A stretch of 63,453 nucleotides of DNA, filler included, from Octopus bimaculoides (lineage: Eukaryota): assembly GCF_001194135.2 (NCBI RefSeq). It is 6 parts of 5 records of this genome, joined end to end, with 100 filler letters (N's around TTAATTAATTAA, not from the genome) between each part and the next. Parts side by side here need not be neighbours in the genome. Positions count along the whole stretch, not along the records: positions 1 to 22,517 come from NC_068985.1; 5 more parts are not named here. One strand, written 5' to 3'. Within the stretch, counting starts at the first letter, position 1; each line of letters begins with the position of its first letter. The translations under genes were made by a program, and so were the position numbers. Shown here piece after piece: positions 1-12,399 of the stretch. Below the pieces are notes generated by a model. The model searched no databases and was not told where the DNA came from. It saw nothing but the letters and a program-made list of their open reading frames with translations.

Positions 1-926
1 ACGGATGAAATCTACGTATGCTTAATAATTTTACGCAAAACAGCCTTCAGACTTTCCCTATTAATTTCATCGTCTTTTGAATTATGAACATATTTACATC
101 ATAAGGGTTTTTTCGTTGTAAGGCTTTCTTTTTTAGTTGATTTTCAGCTAGCAAGACTTATCGTAGATGGCATAATAAGTCACACCCGGACAAGGTCGGG
201 TTATACTGCTGGTATATATATATATATGCATGTTTATCGGTATATATTTAAACTTAGTGTGTTTTACCGGGGTTTTTTTCAATCTCATAATTCGCAAACT
301 CAGATATAGTTCAATCTATTATCTTCATCTAGATATAATTATATTTGCAATTATTGAAACTCATTAAATTAGGTTTCTCTTACATGTATGGAACCCATTT
401 ATCTTCTCTTCAAATGTCATCATGCGACGCTGCAACAAAAATCTATTGCTAATTAATTTGGTAGACTAGAAAATGAATATGTGAGCCACACCGCCAGAAT
501 GTATAAGAAAAAGAGATGTATAGAAAATTAAAAATGATAAGCCAAAAATAATGAGTTGAATTGTTTAGAAAGGATTAACTGGGGGAAAAAAAGACGCATG
601 TAAAAAGCATAGAGATTTAACATGAAACTAAACAGAATCGATCGCAAAAACTCAAATTGCAGAAAAGTGAGAAAAGAAACGAAATGTCTTTGAGTAGATG
701 TTATTGATATAATTAATTGGTTGAATATTATTTTCCTTTTTATTATGTAAACTAATTAAATTAAAATAAATCAGAGATGTTACATACGTGATAAAGTTAT
801 ATGAAGCTGATGAGCGTAGAAAATGCCCTGATTACATTCAATACGTTTAAAGAGTTAAAAGAGGAGTTCATTTGATTATGAAGATATACTAACTGAAGAA
901 GAAATGTTCAGGTTAACCTGCCGCAG

Positions 927-1080
927 CCGTGGTGGCTGTGTGGTTGAGCAGATCAGTTTACAACTACATGGTCTCAGGTTCAGTGATACTGCGCAGTAAC
1001 CTTGAGTAAATATTTTCTATTATTAATACCTTGTGAGTGAATTTCGTGCATGGTGATTATTAAAAGTCATTTCACTGCAA
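927..1080 (+). mobile_element. Degenerate 5' part of tRNA-derived SINE group C/D (head plus CORE-like segment)
   Basis: gtggctgtgtggtt...ggttcagt...accttgagtaaat aligns by eye to the better copy at 55391-55546. Confidence 0.55.
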
Positions 1081-1480
1081 AATCATAATTGCCATTACTA
1101 ATCTATTAATGACTCGTATTCCAAATACGCTGGCGTGTTCTTACCCGTTCATTACGATGCCGTTATATTGTTTCTTACAGTGGATCTAGTTCAAAACGGG
1201 GGCACCAGTATTTTCTTAACGAAACACTTTGAAACTTGGGACACTGCTAGAATGTGTCATATGAAACATCTTTTTTCTCTTAGTCTTCTTAACAAAAAAA
1301 CGTACATCGCAAGTTATTTCATGTTAAAGTTGTCGTATTTCTGTAATTTCAACCAATCACTGGCGTCCATTCAGCCGAATACAGTAAGTGCTGACTACGT
1401 AAGCAAACGATTCTCAAACGATTCTGGCGGTGATAAAATTATTATTTCCTTGTCAAAAAATGGCTGAAGCATATTGGCAG

Positions 1481-1514
1481 TAGGGTTAGGGTTAGGGTTA
1501 GGGTTAGAGTTAGG
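1481..1514 (+). repeat. Short interstitial telomere-like (TTAGGG)n tract
   Basis: taggg ttaggg ttaggg ttaggg ttagag ttagg. Confidence 0.85.
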
Positions 1515-2079
1515 CAGTAACTAATAAACCTTTCTATTGAAGGTAGAGCATCTGTGTTTGTATTTATTTTCTGTTCAACAACTTTTCGCTAATTTTCTAT
1601 GTACCGTGNNNNNNNNNNNNNNNNNNNNNNNNNNNNNNNNNNNNNNNNNNNNNNNNNNNNNNNNNNNNNNNNNNNNNNNNNNNNNNNNNNNNNNNNNNNN
1701 NNNNNNNNNNNNNNNNNNNNNNNNNNNNNNNNNNNNNNNNNNNNNNNNNNNNNNNNNNNNNNNNNNNNNNNNNNNNNNNNNNNNNNNNNNNNNNNNNNNN
1801 NNNNNNNNNNNNNNNNNNNNNNNNNNNNNNNNNNNNNNNNNNNNNNNNNNNNNNNNNNNNNNNNNNNNNNNNNNNNNNNNNNNNNNNNNNNNNNNNNNNN
1901 NNNNNNNNNNNNNNNNNNNNNNNNNNNNNNNNNNNNNNNNNNNNNNNNNNNNNNNNNNNNNNNNNNNNNNNNNNNNNNNNNNNNNNNNNNNNNNNNNNNN
2001 NNNNNNNNNNNNNNNNNNNNNNNNNNNNNNNNNNNNNNNNNNNNNNNNNNNNNNNNNNNNNNNNNNNNNNNNNNNNNNN

Positions 2080-2393
2080 GTTGTGAGTGTTTATTGAGCG
2101 AAAACACCTAAAGCTCCACGAGGCTCCGGCAGGGGATGGTGGCGAACCCTGCTGTACTCTTTCACCACAATTTTCTCTCACTCTTACTTCCTGTTTCTGT
2201 TGTGCCTGTAATTCAAAGGGTCAGCCTTGTGACATGGTGTCACGCTGAATATCCCCGAGAACTACGTTAAGGGTACACGTGTCTGTGGTGTGCTCAGCCA
2301 CTTGCACGTTAATTTCACGAGCAGGCTGTTCCGTTGATCGGATCGACTGGAACCCTCGACGTCGTAAGCGACGGAGTGCAAACACCAACAACA
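2080..2393 (+). mobile_element. SINE group H, head lost in gap
   Basis: Reverse-complement homolog of 15541-15880; the 3' half is shared with 58150-58332. Confidence 0.8.
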
Positions 2394-2934
2394 GTTATTT
2401 TGCAAATTGCGTATTACTTATGGGAGGTGCACCAGACATTAAACACAATACCCCAGAAAAACATCGCAACTGGTATATACGTAAAATGTAAGTCACGCCC
2501 TTATTTGAATGGGCGTGACTTATAGTTTACTTATATACCAGTTGCGCTGAATAAAGATCGCTCGTCGTAATATCCATCACCAATCTGTCTTAAAATTTGA
2601 TGTTCATGTCGGGAACGCTTTTAATTATCAGGGTTAATAGGTTACATAGCTTTTTGACATCATACATTTATTTTAATTCTCTTGTCTTTTCCATATTAAT
2701 CTCCAAGAATTCAGAAATTTCAGATCGGATGAATATTATACTACTGTAGATTCCCATCTTACTTAACTAGAGTTATTCAGTCAACTACAGCAGTAATTAA
2801 TCCGCAAGACGTAATCACTATTATCCTCCACTGTAACCAGACAGGAATTTAAAGCGATATAAATTCATGTAATGATACGAGGAAGACAAAAGAATACGGC
2901 CACATGCGATTGACATTTCATAGATCTGGTTTCT

Positions 2935-3161
2935 TATTTCTCTATTGACCACAAGGGGCTACACACAGAAGGGACAAACAAGGACAGACAAAAGGATTAA
3001 GTCAATTACATCAACCGCAGTGCGTAACTGGTACTTAATTTATCGACCCGAAAGGATGAAAGGTAAAGTCGACCTCGGCGGTATTTGAACTCAGACCGTA
3101 ACGGCAGACGGAACACCGATAAGCGTTTTGCCCGGCGTGCTAACGTTTCTGCCAGCTCGCC
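2935..3161 (-). mobile_element. tRNA-derived SINE, B-tail monomer, full length with 23-bp TSD
   Basis: B-box-like gagttcaaat on minus; gacatttcatagat(c/t)tggtttct is duplicated at 2912-2934 and 3162-3184. Confidence 0.9.
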
Positions 3162-3416
3162 GACATTTCATAGATTTGGTTTCTAAAATATTACCATTCC
3201 ATGTTATGCAACAGAAAATGGATTCATACCATTTCTTCAACTATTCCCTTTCATCATGCGATTTATTTCATGGACGGATTAAAAAGTTTGGATTACACTT
3301 GGACGTTAATCTGATCAAATATACTTTCCTCTTTGTGTACCAACTGTTCTTTCCTAACAGATTCTATGAGTATAATATCACAAGTAAGAAATATAACCAT
3401 CTACGTGCGATTTAAA

Positions 3417-3460
<44 letters not shown>

Positions 3461-4397
3461 GTAATTACATACATACACACCTGCAAATACAAAGTGTGCG
3501 TGTGTCTGTGCGTGTCTGTGAGTGAGTGCACAAATGGAAGAAGTGCGCACTCAGCGCATTTCTTTAAAACAATTTGATTCGGCACTATGCAGCCTAAAGA
3601 TTTGCATGTTTCTTACCGAAACGTAGCTCGTTCAGGTTCAAATTACGGAATAGCAAATTGCAGAAGTTCAAGGTGCCCACTGTATTTCCCAGACGGCTAC
3701 TAGAGAATGGGCTGTTATTGGTCAAGACGGATCACATGGTGTTGTTAGGAAATGCATTAGAAAGGAGCACTGCCTAAAACCCTTGGTTGTACAGAAAGCT
3801 GATTGCAGCCTGATATCTGACGAACTTTTGAAGGAAATTATAATCCGTGAGGAGCAAAGCCCACGAGAGAGAGAGAGAGAGAGCAAGTGAGGGAGAGAGA
3901 AAGAGAGGGGGGGTGAAAGAGGGGGAGAGTGAAAGAGAGGGAGAGTGAAAGAGAGGTAGAGGGAAAGAGAGGGAGAGGGAAAGAGAGGGAGAGAGAGAGA
4001 GGGTAGNNNNNNNNNNNNNNNNNNNNNNNNNNNNNNNNNNNNNNNNNNNNNNNNNNNNNNNNNNNNNNNNNNNNNNNNNNNNNNNNNNNNNNNNNNNNNN
4101 NNNNNNNNNNNNNNNNNNNNNNNNNNNNNNNNNNNNNNNNNNNNNNNNNNNNNNNNNNNNNNNNNNNNNNNNNNNNNNNNNNNNNNNNNNNNNNNNNNNN
4201 NNNNNNNNNNNNNNNNNNNNNNNNNNNNNNNNNNNNNNNNNNNNNNNNNNNNNNNNNNNNNNNNNNNNNNNNNNNNNNNNNNNNNNNNNNNNNNNNNNNN
4301 NNNNNNNNNNNNNNNNNNNNNNNNNNNNNNNNNNNNNNNNNNNNNNNNNNNNNNNNNNNNNNNNNNNNNNNNNNNNNNNNNNNNNNNNNNNNNNNNN

Positions 4398-4769
4398 TCG
4401 ACCCCAGTGCATAACTGCTGCTTAATTTATCGACCCCGAAAGAATGAAAGGCAAAGTCCACCTCGGCGGAATGTGGACCCAGAACGTAAAGACAGACGAA
4501 ATACCGCTAAGCATTTCGCCCGAAGTGCTAACGTTTCTTATTTCTTTATTGCCCACAAAGGGCTAAACATAGAGGGGACAAACAAGGACAGACAAAGGGA
4601 TTAAGTCAATTATATCGACCCCAGTGCATAACTGCTGCTTAATTTATCGACCCCGAAAAATGAACGGTAGAGTCAACCTCGGCGGAATTTGAACTCAGAA
4701 CGTAACGGCAGACGAAATATCGCTAAACATTTCGCCCGGAGCGCTAACGTTTCTGCCAGCTCGCCGCCT
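4398..4769 (-). mobile_element. SINE A/B dimer, tail end hidden by gap
   Basis: Two tandem copies of the core tcgaccccgaaa-gatgaaaggcaaagtc-acctcggcggaat, joined at gtttct|tatttc (4538/4539). Confidence 0.9.
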
Positions 4770-4817
4770 GAGACCAAGAAATGTTATAACAATTGTGGTG
4801 TATCTAATTCATATTTC

Positions 4818-4849
<32 letters not shown>

Positions 4850-6602
4850 GCGCATCACATAGACGTACCACACATATACACACATGTATGTTGGGGGAGT
4901 GAACATATATATATATTTAATGTACGTGTGTGTATGTGTGTGTGTGCGCGTGCGTGTGTATGTGTTCACCCTGGGACCTCAACTGTAAAATCTCTGAAAT
5001 ATTTTACATATTTTTAATGTAGCTCTAATTGACTGCATTTGGAGGACGTTGTTTAACTTCATCCCTTCAATGTGTATGCATTTATATAACTATGAATGTA
5101 TATGCGTATATATATACACACTCGTATGTATGCTTGTATTTATAGAGGCGGTAAATATGTATTTACATTTGCTGACATAATTTTATCCTCATGAAACTAA
5201 AATAAAGACGAATGAAAGTTGAAAGCATAGCAACATTCGGAAACTGCTTTCTTTGTTGACATCTCAATAGAAATGTTTCAAGATTGTACTTCTTTGACTC
5301 TTGGCTAACGGGGACTTTTTGTTTTACATTTGTTTAACACTTATATTCGAATATTAATTAGCCCGATGTGGAAATTTAATCTAAGATGCCTCCCTTGTTA
5401 TTTTCACTGTCCAATAAGTACTTTCGTGTATTTTGATCTTGTGATATCGAAAGAAAATCAATTTGATATTAGTATCATATATCGATTTAGTAATGTGAAA
5501 GCCAGCATTGGTAAACATGTTTACGTCACTTTTCACGAGGAAACTATTCAGGTAATTAAAAAGCCAACATGAATAATTGCTTCAAAACCATTTGCGACTT
5601 TTATTGTACTAGCTTCCATATTGAACATACACCTATTCACTAGCTCCCAAAATCTTCATCACAGTCAGTTATTCAGTGTTGACCAAAACACATCGCTGTA
5701 TATTTGATCGCCATTAAACCCCTACTTCTGAATCTTGATTATATGTATCGGCTGATCACGAAATTTCGAAGATGTGCACAAATTTATTGTTCGATCTTAG
5801 TTACAAGACATAAACGCTGAATTATTGTCGGAGTTTGTGCTTGACGTAACTATAACTATATCCGAGTATTTACGAAGGACGATTAGATTTAATTCTCATT
5901 AGAGTTAACACTTTGAAGTTACCACTTAGAGCCACATCAGCCTTAACTCCTTTGACCAATATCCAGATGCGATAATGAACGGTTACAAAATTTAGTGTTT
6001 CATAATGTATATGCATAAGTTACGTTATTTAAAAATCCTCATATAACGCAGATATATCCATATAATTAAAAACCTCTACATTCAAATTTAAATTCTAAAT
6101 GGATTCTATAAAGAAATAAGCTTTAATATTCAGTTAAACAGTAAAGACGATAGGTGAATGAGCCATTCATGGAAAAGGGCAAGTTATTTCAAAATGTCGT
6201 TGTAACATTTTCATTTTCTACATTCATAACTATACACGCGCATAGACCATATATAGACACAGATGCATAACTCGAACGACGGGAGAGCCACGCCAAAAAC
6301 ATACAGCCCCAACCAAATACTTTTAAACATACCTGCACGCACACTCAAACACACGCGCACACACACATATACAATATAATCTGGGTAATAATCACATAAC
6401 GTGCATCTAAAAGCTCTTTTTTATCGTTTTTTCCTATCACGTAGCAACATACATCAAGGTTATTTTCTGAGTTCTACAAATTTATGGGTCTCTCTTAGTA
6501 ATGATATGAGAATGAAAATTCGGGGACTTAAAGCTCCTGCAACGACACATAAACAAATGTTCTAATTTGTACTTAAAGCTGTTTTTCCATCTCTCTATCT
6601 CC

Positions 6603-6660
<58 letters not shown>

Positions 6661-7180
6661 NNNNNNNNNNNNNNNNNNNNNNNNNNNNNNNNNNNNNNNN
6701 NNNNNNNNNNNNNNNNNNNNNNNNNNNNNNNNNNNNNNNNNNNNNNNNNNNNNNNNNNNNNNNNNNNNNNNNNNNNNNNNNNNNNNNNNNNNNNNNNNNN
6801 NNNNNNNNNNNNNNNNNNNNNNNNNNNNNNNNNNNNNNNNNNNNNNNNNNNNNNNNNNNNNNNNNNNNNNNNNNNNNNNNNNNNNNNNNNNNNNNNNNNN
6901 NNNNNNNNNNNNNNNNNNNNNNNNNNNNNNNNNNNNNNNNNNNNNNNNNNNNNNNNNNNNNNNNNNNNNNNNNNNNNNNNNNNNNNNNNNNNNNNNNNNN
7001 NNNNNNNNNNNNNNNNNNNNNNNNNNNNNNNNNNNNNNNNNNNNNNNNNNNNNNNNNNNNNNNNNNNNNNNNNNNNNNNNNNNNNNNNNNNNNNNNNNNN
7101 NNNNNNNNNNNNNNNNNNNNNNNNNNNNNNNNNNNNNNNNNNNNNNNNNNNNNNNNNNNNNNNNNNNNNNNNNNNNNNNN

Positions 7181-7392
7181 GTGTCAGTGTTTGTCCCCAC
7201 CAACACGCTTGACAACCGATGGTAGTGTGTTTACATCCCGTAATTAGCGGTTCGGCAAAAGAGACCGATAGAATAAGTACTAGGCTTCCAAAGAATGAGT
7301 CTCCTGGTCGATTTGCTCGACTAAAGGTGGTGCTCCAGCATGGCCGCAGTCAAATGACTGAAACAAGTAAAAGAATAAAAGAATAAAAGAAT
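7181..7392 (+). mobile_element. SINE group C body and tail ending in (AAAAGAAT)n
   Basis: Homologous to 14205-14418, 56045-56258 and the minus-strand copies. Confidence 0.85.
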
Positions 7393-9689
7393 ATATATGC
7401 ACATGTATGCGCGTCTGTGTGACTATGTGAGCGCGCGTGTGTAAAACCTGAACAGTTAGTGTATCAATAAAGTTGTCAATTCACCATTCCAGTCTGTCTG
7501 GTGTTAAAGTTGTGTACATAATATTATAATGAAGAAACCAATAACTACATTCTCTCCTATATTTCTGAATTCTGTTAACGTTCTTAGATACGAAGTCTAA
7601 TTTTAGCCTAAGCTGATTTCTCTAACAATACAAACTATGAGGAAATGGCTTGAAAAGTGCTTGAAAAATAGTCGGCTCCTTTCTCGGAATACTTCTAACT
7701 GTGCTACGCAGGTGCAGGGAAATACAGAAATCAAATGACTACTCACTAAAATAGCATTAAATTTCACACTATTAATTCTTGAGTCTATGCAAACTTTTAT
7801 GTAAACAAGCCAGCGCTTCAAATGGGTCACTAAGGCGTTAATGGCAGCAGAGTAGAACGATGACTGTGTAACCATGAGCAAAATGAAAGACAACATTCTT
7901 GTATAAATAAAACATCTAGCGAGATTACTCTAGCCTCCACTCCCCGCTTCGTCACTTCTTCTTCCTCTAATTCCCTCTCTTTCTTTCTTTCTATCTCCCC
8001 TTCTTATGACTATCAATACTTCTTCATCGAATCATTTTCATTCATTATATTTGAATCGTTTCACCACTTCGATTTTTCCTTTATGGTTTCCTTGATAATC
8101 TCCATCACTTCCCCTCCTCCTCCAAGATTCTTATCCCCACTTCACCCTTTCTCTCTCTCTCTCTCTCTTTCTTTCTCTCTCTCTCTCTCTCTCTCTCACT
8201 CTCTCTCTCTCTGTCCTTCTTTCTCCCGTTCTCACTTTCCGTTATATCTCTACATGTCTAATATTGACTCTGCTCTCTTTCCATTTGTTCTCACTCCCGA
8301 CATTTATATCTTCCTATAAGCGTTCCAATGAATCTGTCTTCATCACGCAGAAGCAGATACATGCATAGGAAGATGCACACACATACGCACGCACACGCAC
8401 ACACACATACGCACACATACGTACACACACACATACCCTCACATACTCGTGCATATACACAAACCTGAATACATACAAGCTTACACATACATTTATATGT
8501 ATTCATGTACGTACGATGTAAATCATATACGCGTGGGTGTGTGCGCGCGTCTGTATATCAATACATAGAGAAAGTGAGACGTGTATATATATATATATAT
8601 ATGCATGTGCGTATCTCTCTCTCTCTCTCTCTCTCTCTAAATATATTTGTGTGCGCGTAAGCATATACATATACATATGTACTTCTTTCTCTCTCGCCAC
8701 ATATCTCTCTGGTTATTTAACCCTCTCTCTGAGTTTCTTTCATTCTTTTCTGCTTCCCACGTTCGATATTAAATTGCTCTTTGAACTACGCCATGCATGG
8801 CGTTTATTATTCATAGTTTCTGGCTTTCTTCCAACAGAGGTCATAACTTTGAATCAGCGATAAAAGCAATTTGTTCGAAGCAAAAGTGTGTACACTATAT
8901 CAATCTTTCTAATATAGTACATTCTGAGAACCTCACATAAAGACATCTTTAAACTATCAAACTTTACAAGATTCGATTAGTTTTGATGCCATGATATTTT
9001 TCTTTTGTAATATTTTTTTTTCATAATCATGATATGTGGCTATCAAATATGTAGCATGTATTTGACTGATTAATCGATAAAATTCAAACAAAATTCTCTT
9101 ACTAAGAGATACGGAATGATAGATTCTGATCTTAATCTTTTAAACAATAGGCTTTCTCTATTTAATTACATATTTATTAAATAATAAATATTGTATGTTT
9201 GTACTTAACATACACACCCACCCACTGATACACATTTATATATACATATACACATGCAAAAACATATATATATGTATTATATATANNNNNNNNNNNNNNN
9301 NNNNNNNNNNNNNNNNNNNNNNNNNNNNNNNNNNNNNNNNNNNNNNNNNNNNNNNNNATATATATATATATATATATATACGTGTGTGTGTGTGTGTGTG
9401 TATTTAGAATGGGCAGTTTCTATATCTAACAGTATTCGCTTCTTTTTTCTGAAATATGACTGCTCAGACGTTGTGAATGAAATATTTTTTATTTGTTTAT
9501 GAAATTACTTCGATGTAGTTTAAACAAGAGAAAACAATTACTTATGTACGGCTATTATATATATGTAGTCACTCAATCGAGTTACAGAGGGAGTATATAA
9601 TATTAGATGACGTATTTACTGTAAAGAATCATACACGATGCTTGTGAGGCTGAGGTCATTTAATTAAATTTAGTGCTTCGTTTCGTGAG

Positions 9690-9900
9690 AATCGAATAAA
9701 GGTTCATGGCATTTACAAATCTCTCCGGTGATCTTATGTATACAAGGGAATGGAATACATATCTGAAGACGTGTGGTTATATGAAAGGCGTTTGGACGGA
9801 GACTTGCATTAAAAGTCGAAGGTATTTGGTCACGGCTAAACAACTCCTAGCTATCAGTGAAACCAATGGATTAGTTTGTATAAAGTGCAATGTACAGAGT
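9690..9900 (+). pseudogene. Possible very degenerate R4/Dong-like retrotransposon fragment
   Basis: KVHGIYK and LVTAKQLLAISETN in different frames resemble the LHGxY and LIxAAQEQALxTN motifs; weak. Confidence 0.3.
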
Positions 9901-10389
9901 TAGTCATTGTATGTATGTAAGAAGAATACCAACTTATATGTTACCGAAATAATTTCAGTATCAGGTTAAGTCTAACTTGCTAATCGACTTCAGAGGTGTA
10001 GTATATATTTTAATCAGCCACGATAGTTTTCCAGCAAATTATTTTACATGTTCAAGAGAAGAAATAAGAATGACGGTCGGGTAAGATTTGAAATTCAGCT
10101 TTTAAGTTTTCAAATTCGCGCTTTCATAAATAACAACGTAGTTTCTCTATTATAAAACTTGTCTGAATGTGTGTGTGAGTATGGGCATGTGTCCGGAAGT
10201 GGGTGTATATGTTCGTACGTATATGACTCAATCTATCTTTGTATCTTTCTCCCCCTCTCGTTCTTCCTTCTGTTGTTCTTCACCTCTCCCCTTCACTACT
10301 ATATATCTCTCTTCCTTCCAGTTTGTTGCTTCATAGCGTTTAGTATACACATATTTTTTCACGTCTGGCCGTATAGCCTTTCTTGTGTA

Positions 10390-10740
10390 TCTTCACTGTT
10401 TCTTTTTCTTGTCTTGTTTTCTGTCCGCCACTACATTCCACCACGGTACAAATTTGATTTGTGGTCCGTGGGAAGAGCCATTCTAACAATGTGTCCTGTC
10501 CTGACTCTTCGAAACGCTTAGTTCTAGAATGGTGGCAGCTGATGAAGGAAATGTTCTCTAGGTGGCCTGTGTGTTTTCTGTACTCTGTGTATCATTTTGT
10601 CCAAGTTTTTTTTTTGCAACGTCCTGTACCCAGATATGCATCTATATATACATGTAGATGTAGGTATGTACATACATGTACGTATATATACATGTACTCA
10701 TATGTTGTTTGTATTATATATATATACATACATATATACG
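10390..10740 (+). mobile_element. Interspersed repeat carrying a permuted hammerhead motif, copy 1
   Basis: Homologous to the minus-strand copies at about 37180-37542 and 46030-46400 (shared gacgtcctgtaccc, ttttgtcca, ttcgaaacgc, ctgatgaa). Confidence 0.75.
10478..10550 (+). ncRNA. Candidate non-circularly permuted hammerhead ribozyme, GUC cleavage triplet at 10493-10495
   Basis: GUGU-C-CUGUC ... UCUU-C-GAAACGC ... GGCAG-CUGAUGA-AGGA; stems I, II and III pair in register. Confidence 0.65.
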
Positions 10741-10954
10741 GCAGATAAGTAAAAGGAGAGGATATTTGCCGTATAAATTTTAAACCATGTTCTAACCCTG
10801 CTCATATATGAAACTCTGTTGTGAGATTGCCAGGCAATAACCGACATAAGCGTATGAATAATTGGGTAGAATACCGGCAGTATATTGAATATGCACTAAG
10901 GTACGTATGCATGCATCTATATATCTATATTCTTTTATCTTTTATTTGTTTAAG

Positions 10955-11130
10955 ACATTTTACTGCAGCCATGCTGGAGCACCACCCTTAATCGAACAGA
11001 TCGGGCACAGGACTTATTCATTGTAAGCCTAGTACTTATTCCAGCGGGTTCTTTTGGTGAGTTACAGGGACGTAAACACACCAACATCGGTTGTGAAGTG
11101 ATGGTGGGGTACAAACACAGACCCACAAAC
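10955..11130 (-). mobile_element. SINE group C
   Basis: gcagccatgctggagcacc...aagcctagtacttatt...gtaaacacaccaacatcggttgt. Confidence 0.8.
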
Positions 11131-11256
11131 ATATACATGCATACACAGACACACACACACACACGCACACACACACACACACGCACGCACATATATATAT
11201 ATATGTATGTATATTACATATACATGTGTTTATATTTGTATATGAACGTAGATTCG

Positions 11257-11310
<54 letters not shown>

Positions 11311-11604
11311 TGTATGTATTCATGTATGCATGCATTTATGTATCTATGTTTTCGTGCATAGGTGTGTGTATGTATTTATGTGTTATGTAATCACCCTGAG
11401 TAATTACTTTCTTAATCTGACGCCTCTATGAAAGAGGAGGAAATAGTAAAGTTGCTGTTTCTCGTATGAGTCATTATAAATTAATGATAAGTTGATTTAT
11501 TGCAATACCTCGCAGAGAAATATATTAAACACTTTCGCAATTTATGTCTTATTACTTTATTCTTTCTCTCCTTCCCCGATACGCATGTATGAATGTGTGA
11601 ACAC

Positions 11605-11666
<62 letters not shown>

Positions 11667-12399
11667 NNNNNNNNNNNNNNNNNNNNNNNNNNNNNNNNNN
11701 NNNNNNNNNNNNNNNNNNNNNNNNNNNNNNNNNNNNNNNNNNNNNNNNNNNNNNNNNNNNNNNNNNNNNNNNNNNNNNNNNNNNNNNNNNNNNNNNNNNN
11801 NNNNNNNNNNNNNNNNNNNNNNNNNNNNNNNNNNNNNNNNNNNNNNNNNNNNNNNNNNNNNNNNNNNNNNNNNNNNNNNNNNNNNNNNNNNNNNNNNNNN
11901 NNNNNNNNNNNNNNNNNNNNNNNNNNNNNNNNNNNNNNNNNNNNNNNNNNNNNNNNNNNNNNNNNNNNNNNNNNNNNNNNNNNNNNNNNNNNNNNNNNNN
12001 NNNNNNNNNNNNNNNNNNNNNNNNNNNNNNNNNNNNNNNNNNNNNNNNNNNNNNNNNNNNNNNNNNNNNNNNNNNNNNNNNNNNNNNNNNNNNNNNNNNN
12101 NNNNNNNNNNNNNNNNNNNNNNNNNNNNNNNNNNNNNNNNNNNNNNNNNNNNNNNNNNNNNNNNNNNNNNNNNNNNNNNNNNNNNNNNNNNNNNNNNNNN
12201 NNNNNNNNNNNNNNNNNNNNNNNNNNNNNNNNNNNNNNNNNNNNNNNNNNNNNNNNNNNNNNNNNNNNNNNNNNNNNNNNNNNNNNNNNNNNNNNNNNNN
12301 NNNNNNNNNNNNNNNNNNNNNNNNNNNNNNNNNNNNNNATATATATACATATATATACCATATGGAATTACGCTTACCATATAAAATTATCAACCAAAC

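Noticed and set aside
807-822. CTGATGA...GAAA hammerhead-like boxes
   Set aside because: No stem II pairing, and no stem I or III in register.
3817-3846. CTGACGA-aCTT(TTG)AAG-GAAA with palindromic ATTATAAT and an AUC triplet
   Set aside because: Stem I has no pairs in register, and there is only one copy.
3650-3860. Stop-free stretch of about 65 codons with possible splice sites
   Set aside because: No recognisable domain, splice signals ambiguous on both strands, and no partner exons.
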